A stretch of 64,000 nucleotides of DNA from Nemertoderma westbladi (Eukaryota; Animalia; Xenacoelomorpha). The notes under the pieces were generated by a model. It made no database searches. It saw nothing but the letters and a program-made list of their open reading frames with translations, and was not told where the DNA came from. The translations under genes and the position numbers were made by a program. Of the stretch, positions 57,897-64,000 are shown piece after piece. Location of the stretch: positions 62,001 through 126,000 of the forward strand of contig JAUCBJ010003467.1 of assembly GCA_032718475.1 (NCBI GenBank). The letters are read 5' to 3'. How positions within the stretch are numbered: the first letter of the stretch is position 1; each line of letters starts with the position of its first letter.

Positions 57897-59324
57897 ATGT
57901 TGCGACTTTGTATCCAAAGGAATGGACTAACTAGACAAAGGCAGTACACTACGGTGTCCGACTCATTCCCAAAGCAGTTTCCATGGTTACGAACCTACGG
58001 CCCCGCGATTCCCATTTCGAGTCGCCACATCGAACTTCTTCTCGAGCCCTCCGACTTCTACGGTAAACTCATCGATCTCTGCGACCGCAGCCGCCGTCGC
58101 ATCGTCCTCAGCTCCCTCTATCTCGGCACCTCGGAACTCGAGAACGGCCTAGTGGCTGCGTTGCGTCGTGCCGCCGCTAGAGGCGTCAGCGTTCGGCTTC
58201 TACTCGACTACAACCGAAGTCTGCGGGGCTGCCCTAACTCCTGCACCCAACTGTCCGGAATAGCCGGCGACTTCTCCGTATCCCTGTACCACGCGCCGAA
58301 CCTCTACGGTTGGCGTCGCAGTCGTCGCCTAGGTAACCTGCGGGAAGCCGTCGGTGTCCAACACATGAAGGCCTACATCAGCGACGATGACGTCATACTG
58401 AGCGGGGCCAACCTCAGCGAGACTTACTTTACGAACCGCCAGGATCGCTCCATACTAGTGCCTAACTCTCCCGATCTGACTAACTTTATAGTCGAACTTG
58501 TAACTATCATTTCTGACTCGTCATTTCAAATGGATTCAAACGGAATTCCCTATTGGCCTAAAGGTATCCACGGCTATCGTCATCCTTTCTACGGTAGACG
58601 CGCCAGCGCCGCATTCGCGTGGAATGTTTCCCAGCAGATAAAACAATTTATTTCCCGGTGGAATAAAGATAAATTCGACAGTAATAAAGTAGACACTGTT
58701 GTGTATCCTTTGTTGCAGATGGCTCCTTTGCGTATCCTATCCGAGACTGAGGCCGTGCTGCGACTGTTAGGTGAGTGCAGAATCGGGGACAGACTCTACA
58801 TGGCCTCGGGTTACTTCAACCCTCTAAGTTCGCTTTCAGACTTCCTGGTTACCAGCAAGGGGTCTCGCTCGCTGCTGGTCGCGTCCCCTCAGACCAACGG
58901 GTGGTGGGGGGCGCGTGGTCCCGGCCGATTCATCCCCGGGGTCTACCAGGCAACCACGGATAAGTTCCTCAGAGACAGCGCGATCTACAGGGACCCTGAA
59001 CTCCAGGTCAGACACTATAGACGACCGGGGTACAGCTACCACGGGAAGGGTTTGTGGTGGTACCCCCGGGGTAGCCAACACCCCTGTCTCACTCTAATCG
59101 GTTCCAGTAACTTCGGCCATCGTTCCTGGATTCGCGATTTAGAATTGCAGTTTGCCATAGCAACCACCAATAGCGATTTACAAGCTTTGTTTCATAAAGA
59201 ACGCGAATATTTGTGGTCCTACGGCGAGCTGTTAGACTCTTCTACTGGAAGTTCTAGTGAGTACAATTCTACGACAAAGCTCCTACTAAAATTGGTGACT
59301 CCTTTTATACAAACCTTTTTCTAG
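57897..59324 (+). CDS. PGS1: Mitochondrial CDP-diacylglycerol--glycerol-3-phosphate 3-phosphatidyltransferase (PLD superfamily), intronless
   Basis: RIVLSSLYLG, LLDYNRSLRG, GVQHMKAYISDDDVILSGANLSETYFTNRQDR, ASGYFN, SYHGKGLW, TLIGSSNFGHRS..DLE; Arg-rich N-terminus compatible with a transit peptide. Confidence 0.96.
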   Translation: MLRLCIQRNGLTRQRQYTTVSDSFPKQFPWLRTYGPAIPISSRHIELLLEPSDFYGKLIDLCDRSRRRIVLSSLYLGTSELENGLVAALRRAAARGVSVRLLLDYNRSLRGCPNSCTQLSGIAGDFSVSLYHAPNLYGWRRSRRLGNLREAVGVQHMKAYISDDDVILSGANLSETYFTNRQDRSILVPNSPDLTNFIVELVTIISDSSFQMDSNGIPYWPKGIHGYRHPFYGRRASAAFAWNVSQQIKQFISRWNKDKFDSNKVDTVVYPLLQMAPLRILSETEAVLRLLGECRIGDRLYMASGYFNPLSSLSDFLVTSKGSRSLLVASPQTNGWWGARGPGRFIPGVYQATTDKFLRDSAIYRDPELQVRHYRRPGYSYHGKGLWWYPRGSQHPCLTLIGSSNFGHRSWIRDLELQFAIATTNSDLQALFHKEREYLWSYGELLDSSTGSSSEYNSTTKLLLKLVTPFIQTFF

Positions 59325-60161
59325 TTTTAAGATACAATTATGATATACCTGACACTATAACATTGCATTGAAGACAAATTATTTGTTTGAATTTAATTAT
59401 AATGTAAACGATATATGTTAAAAAGTATATTGTTGATTAAACACTAAAGGAAGGCGTCCTTAACTATAGTTTAGTCGCCTTGCACTAAAGCACTCTTAGT
59501 CTTAATCATTCCAAACCTCGGTTCCTGGAGTACCCATATAATTTGCACCTTCGTGGGGCCTTCGCGCAGCACGAGGCTCCGTTATGAGATACAGATTAAT
59601 ATTGAGTGATTCTACTGTATCACAAACTCGATATCTAAGAAATTTAACCAAACACCAATAAATCAAAGAGAGGGAAAACTACAACTGGAAGCGATTCACA
59701 AATATACAAACAGCACAAATTACTACCAAAAATAATTAAAAATCGCATATTATTTAATTTACTTAACCAACAAAGAAATCAATAAACTCATGTTATTAGT
59801 AACATGTTAAACTCATAAAGCAATATAGAAAAAATTTAGATATTTAGGCGTGGAGGCGACCCAATTTGTAAAAAACCGTGGTGTGGTGTATCTTAGGCCA
59901 ATTTCAAAATTTGAGTGGTAATAATTTCTGTACTACGTTGGTTGTGTTTGTGATCAATATCTTAAAAGTTGGGTCTGTATTAGATCTACACATCTGCCAA
60001 CAGGGAAGACTAAACGGTGTACCGAATCCGAGATATTGCAGAAAAATATGGTGGCCTAAGTGAAATTGTCAAGTGGGGAAAATTATGCCACTTGTGGTTT
60101 TGCTTCCATATATTTTACTGGGCGGGGTGGTGGCTTAAGTTGTACCAGTTTAAGAATTATA

Positions 60162-62136
60162 GGACAATTCCATCGTTACGGACTCACATTCATACGCAAT
60201 TTTCGAATTTAATTGGCATATTTAATTAATAACTTTACAATATAAATAACATTCACCTATGGTGGCTGATGGATTAATGGTACATCTTTACTTTGACTTA
60301 TAAAAAAGAGTTGTATCTCATTTGATTCATAGGATATTGTAAATATAGTGCCCGTTACGGACTCACATGCAAATGGACAAAGAAAAATTACCCAATTGTA
60401 TTTTGACAAATTCTCTTGAAATGTTTAACGCCATACGTTATAACTTTCACAATGCGAGGTAGATACATCAAATTTTGTAAATTTGTAAGTTAATAGCAGA
60501 AAAATATGGTGATAAACCTCATTTATAGAGAAATTGTTCGTTACGGACTCACAGAAAAAAATGTTACGGACTCACACTTGAAATCGTTATGCACTCGTTA
60601 TTTTGTTTAGAAAAAAAAGAGCAACGACCAATGACTGTTTATGGTATTTATTCAATAAATATATTTATAGCTTATCTACCTTTCGCTTTCACAATGTACC
60701 TTATGCATCACTATTAGTTATATCTTTAGTAGTGTTCATATTTTGAGTAGGCATATTTGGTGTGTATAGTAGTGTATATTTAATATCCTATAAGTTCATA
60801 TGACCATAATTTGTTAAAATGACCAATTTCTAATTCTTTAACAACATAAATACCACGTTCACGGAAAATTTTTTATTCTGGAAAATAAATTTTGAACAGT
60901 ATTTCGTTGTATTTATGTTTTACGATCACTACTATCACAGTACTTAAGTTATTCCACCTTGGCGTAGTTGGTTAAATTGAAATTTGAAATCACATCTCTC
61001 CTTGGGTCGTGGGTTCGATCCCATCATGAGGGCTAGGGTAGTTTTCGTTTCGGCACGAATACTTTAAAGACAATAAGGAGACTTATTAGCCAGGGCGCAT
61101 CTCTTCCTTCCGTAAATGGTAGCTAAATGAGAACTGGAGTTTCCTCTGGGGGAATATAGGAGGGGACCGCACTGGAAATATACACTTTATTATTGAGACT
61201 TTGTGCGTAATCCCTGGCCTAACTGACGATATGTTTTGTATCTCAATCCATCATTCGCTCACTCGTTTCATGAAAACTTGGCGAACTTCGAGTGTATCAT
61301 ACTATACCATCTTGGTCAGTAACTTCTGTCATCCGTGATATATGCTGTTTGGCCCTTTCGGCCCAGAAATGTGAGTATTAGACGTAAGAGACAGGATTAA
61401 ACGGGCGCAATGAAGAATGTCGTACATTAGGATGATGTATGAATGAATACGTTCGAATGTACTGTCGATGGACAATTGTCAGACTAAAAGGAGCTGAATA
61501 CTTTCAGTTTACATAGTGAATAATGTATACAAAGCAGAATGATTCTTACCTAACCTACCGCCTGGTGAGTCCGTAACGGAAAATTTGTGAGTCCGTAACG
61601 CTATTCTTAAACAGTTCAGCTTCAATACAGACCATAGAGACCTAATGGATGGTTTTGATTGGTTGTAAACCCAAAGGAAAATGATTGTCAGTGCAATACA
61701 CATGCGGGGTGTACTCCAAATTAAAACTTTAAGTACTTTTCGTTACGGACTCACATAATTCTGTAGGCCAAATCTAAAGTTTTTGAAACATTGAATACAC
61801 AATGCTATTCTGTCAATATTCAAATTTTTATCATCAATAAGCTTCTAATAAATGTTGAATTTTCGGTTGGTGTAATTACCTGTCTTAATCAGACAATTTC
61901 AATGATAGTAAGATTATGTCAAAAATGACATGTAATAATTTCTGCAAATTTGAAAATATGTAAAAAAATTTTCTCATATTCAATAATGAAAAACCAGTTG
62001 TTACCCTCAAAAAAATTAAGAATCCGTCACTTTTATTAAAAATTTCATTCTTTCTCGTCATTTTGATACCAAAATTATGCTGATTAGATGACTTTTTATT
62101 TTCGACATAAGTGTTACATCAATGGTGGAATTGCCC
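60162..62136. mobile_element. Non-autonomous TIR element (Harbinger/ISL2EU-like GGGCAATTCCA ends)
   Basis: TATA|GGACAATTCCATC ... GGTGGAATTGCCC|TATA; repeated GTTACGGACTCAC motifs in both orientations. Confidence 0.65.
60954..61400 (+). mobile_element. tRNA-derived SINE with a Deu/Nin-like core
   Basis: A box TGGCGTAGTTGG, B box GGTTCGATCCC, then CCTTCCG..GGTAGCTAAATGAG..CTGGGGG resembling conserved metazoan SINE cores. The 3' end is approximate. Confidence 0.6.
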
Positions 62137-62179
62137 TATACCATGTGAAAGAGCGTTAAAAATGCAACATTTTGACATG

Positions 62180-62638
62180 TCGTACACCATGATCTATGAA
62201 CTTCAGTCCGGTTTTCGTAAATCATACTGTATTCTACAGACACCTGCCTTATTAACCTTATTACCTTATTGCCTTATTACTGATACAATTAGATGTAATA
62301 ACGCAAAGGGTTTATATACTGGTATGGTAATGTTGGACCTACAAAAGGCTTTCGATACTGTAGATCATGAAATTCTGCTTGGTAAGTTAGGCCTGATGGG
62401 TGTAGGTTCTATAGACTGCCTGGTTCAAGTCCTACCTGTCAGACAGAGGTCAAACTGTAGTCATTAGCAAATCGCAATCTACTGTACAAGAGATTACCTG
62501 TGGTGTACCGCAAGGTAGTTAGTATATTAGGTCCTCTGCTTTTTGTATGCTATGTAAATGATATGATAAGTAGTATAGATCCCGATTTTAAACTCATTTT
62601 ATATGCCGACGACAGTGCTCTTATTTTCTCTCAAAGAT
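62180..62638 (+). mobile_element. Degenerate CR1-group LINE RT fragment
   Basis: QSGFRK, MLDLQKAFDTVDHEILL, SILGPLLF..YVNDM, LYADDS, with frameshifts. Confidence 0.8.
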
Positions 62639-62654
62639 CCGGGATCCGGTTACA

Positions 62655-62778
62655 TCGCGTTTCGGCAACTGTCGCGTTTCGGCAACAGTCGCGATTCGGC
62701 AAAAAAGTTGCGTTTCGGCAAAAAGTTGCGTTTCGGCAACAGCCGCGGTTCGGCAAAAAAGTTGCGTTTCGGCAAAAG
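62655..62778. repeat. GCGTTTCGGCAA subterminal repeat cluster, probably one end of a MITE
   Basis: About 7 copies at 17-19-bp spacing, starting where the CR1 fragment is interrupted. Confidence 0.65.
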
Positions 62779-63620
62779 ATAAATTCCCTACTGTTAGATC
62801 GGGGTTGAATTCAATAATTAAAATTGTGGTTGTCTTTTTTATGTCAATTATGCAAGGTTAGCACGCTGCAAACAATTTAACGTTAATAATGCATTAATAT
62901 ACGTTATTTTCTGACAATACCAACGTTAATTATTAACGTAAAAATTAAATATAAATAACGTTAGTTAGGCCGCCCTTTTAACATTAAAAAATAACGCAAA
63001 TTTACGTTAATTTTAAACGGTAGGTATTTGGATCGTCAAAATATATTGTATGTTTAACGTTAAAAAATTAGAAACAACTGACAGTGATAAAAACATCACT
63101 TACATACTTAGAATGTGTTCTATCATATCTGACAAGTTTCAGTTTGCGGAATGGGGAAATTATTTTTTCTATTTTAATTAATCTTATTTGATTGATTAAT
63201 ATATTTTTTCGTAATTTAATTCACCTTTCTAAGCAGTTTACAACAATTTATGTAAATAAATATATATTTCATTGTCATTCGTTTTTTAATAAATGTTTAT
63301 AATAAGAATAAAGTAACTGTACGCGTGGTGCACCCCTAGTTACCGTTACATGTAGTAAAAAATAAACAATGAATTACCTTTTATCTTTATTTATACGCAA
63401 CTCAATATCGGTATTATTATAAGTAAAATATTATAAGATAGGACTTTTCCTTTATTGTTCACATAAATAAAAAAATTATATTTGACCATAGATACATAGG
63501 CCAATTGTAAGGTTCAATTATCATTTTCAGACCCAAAGGGCGCGTGGTCTACGAATGGGACGCTCTGATTGGCCGAAACTGAAACTCAATAAATCTCGAC
63601 TAGAATTAAACGAAACTCGT

Positions 63621-64000
63621 CCATACTCGCTAAGAACATTCCATACTCGCTAAGAACATCCCATACTCGCTAAGAACATTCCATACTCGCTAAGAACATC
63701 CCATACTCGCTAAGAACATCCCATACTCGCTAAGAACATCCCATACTCGCTAAGAACATTCCATACTCGCTAAGAACATCCCATACTCGCTAAGAACATT
63801 CCATACTCGCTAAGAACATCCCATACTCGCTAAGAACATCCCATACTCGCTAAGAACATTCCATACTCGCTAAGAACATCCCATACTCGCTAAGAACATC
63901 CCATACTCGCTAAGAACATTCCATACTCGCTAAGAACATCCCATACTCGCTAAGAACATTCCATACTCGCTAAGAACATCCCATACTCGCTAAGAACATT
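63621..64000. repeat. Homogeneous 20-bp satellite CCATACTCGCTAAGAACAT(T/C), running off the window end
   Basis: 19 units that vary only at the last base. Confidence 0.97.

Noticed and set aside
63621-64000. Telomeric repeat at the window end
   Set aside because: The 20-bp unit does not resemble TTAGG(G)-type repeats, and the window end is arbitrary.

Overview
AT-rich, repeat-dense eukaryotic DNA, most likely from an invertebrate animal; the species cannot be determined from the sequence. Three intronless host genes are clear: a CENP-A/CenH3-like histone with a tail built from 10-aa tandem repeats (7751-8686), Derlin-2/3 (53487-54215) and mitochondrial PGS1 (57897-59324). A weaker spliced gene candidate spans 10916-32390. 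The dominant feature is a young 16.3-kb BEL/Pao LTR element (11484-27759, minus strand, 1161-bp LTRs, ATTTG TSD). It keeps Gag and protease but has lost RT, RNase H and integrase by frame-preserving deletions. It has no tRNA-type primer-binding site: the 11 nt next to the 5' LTR are perfectly complementary to 11 nt inside the LTR, the signature of Tf1-type self-priming, which I do not know from BEL/Pao. Its gag frame also appears repairable by two tiny (42 and 44 nt) GT-AG introns, and it carries an unknown extra 3' ORF region. The window also holds an intact hATm-type transposase element, a dead CsRN1-like Gypsy, L2/CR1/RTE LINE fragments (one flanked by a ~126-bp direct duplication), tRNA-derived SINEs, many nested MITEs and minisatellites. 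All calls were made by eye; no database searches were run.
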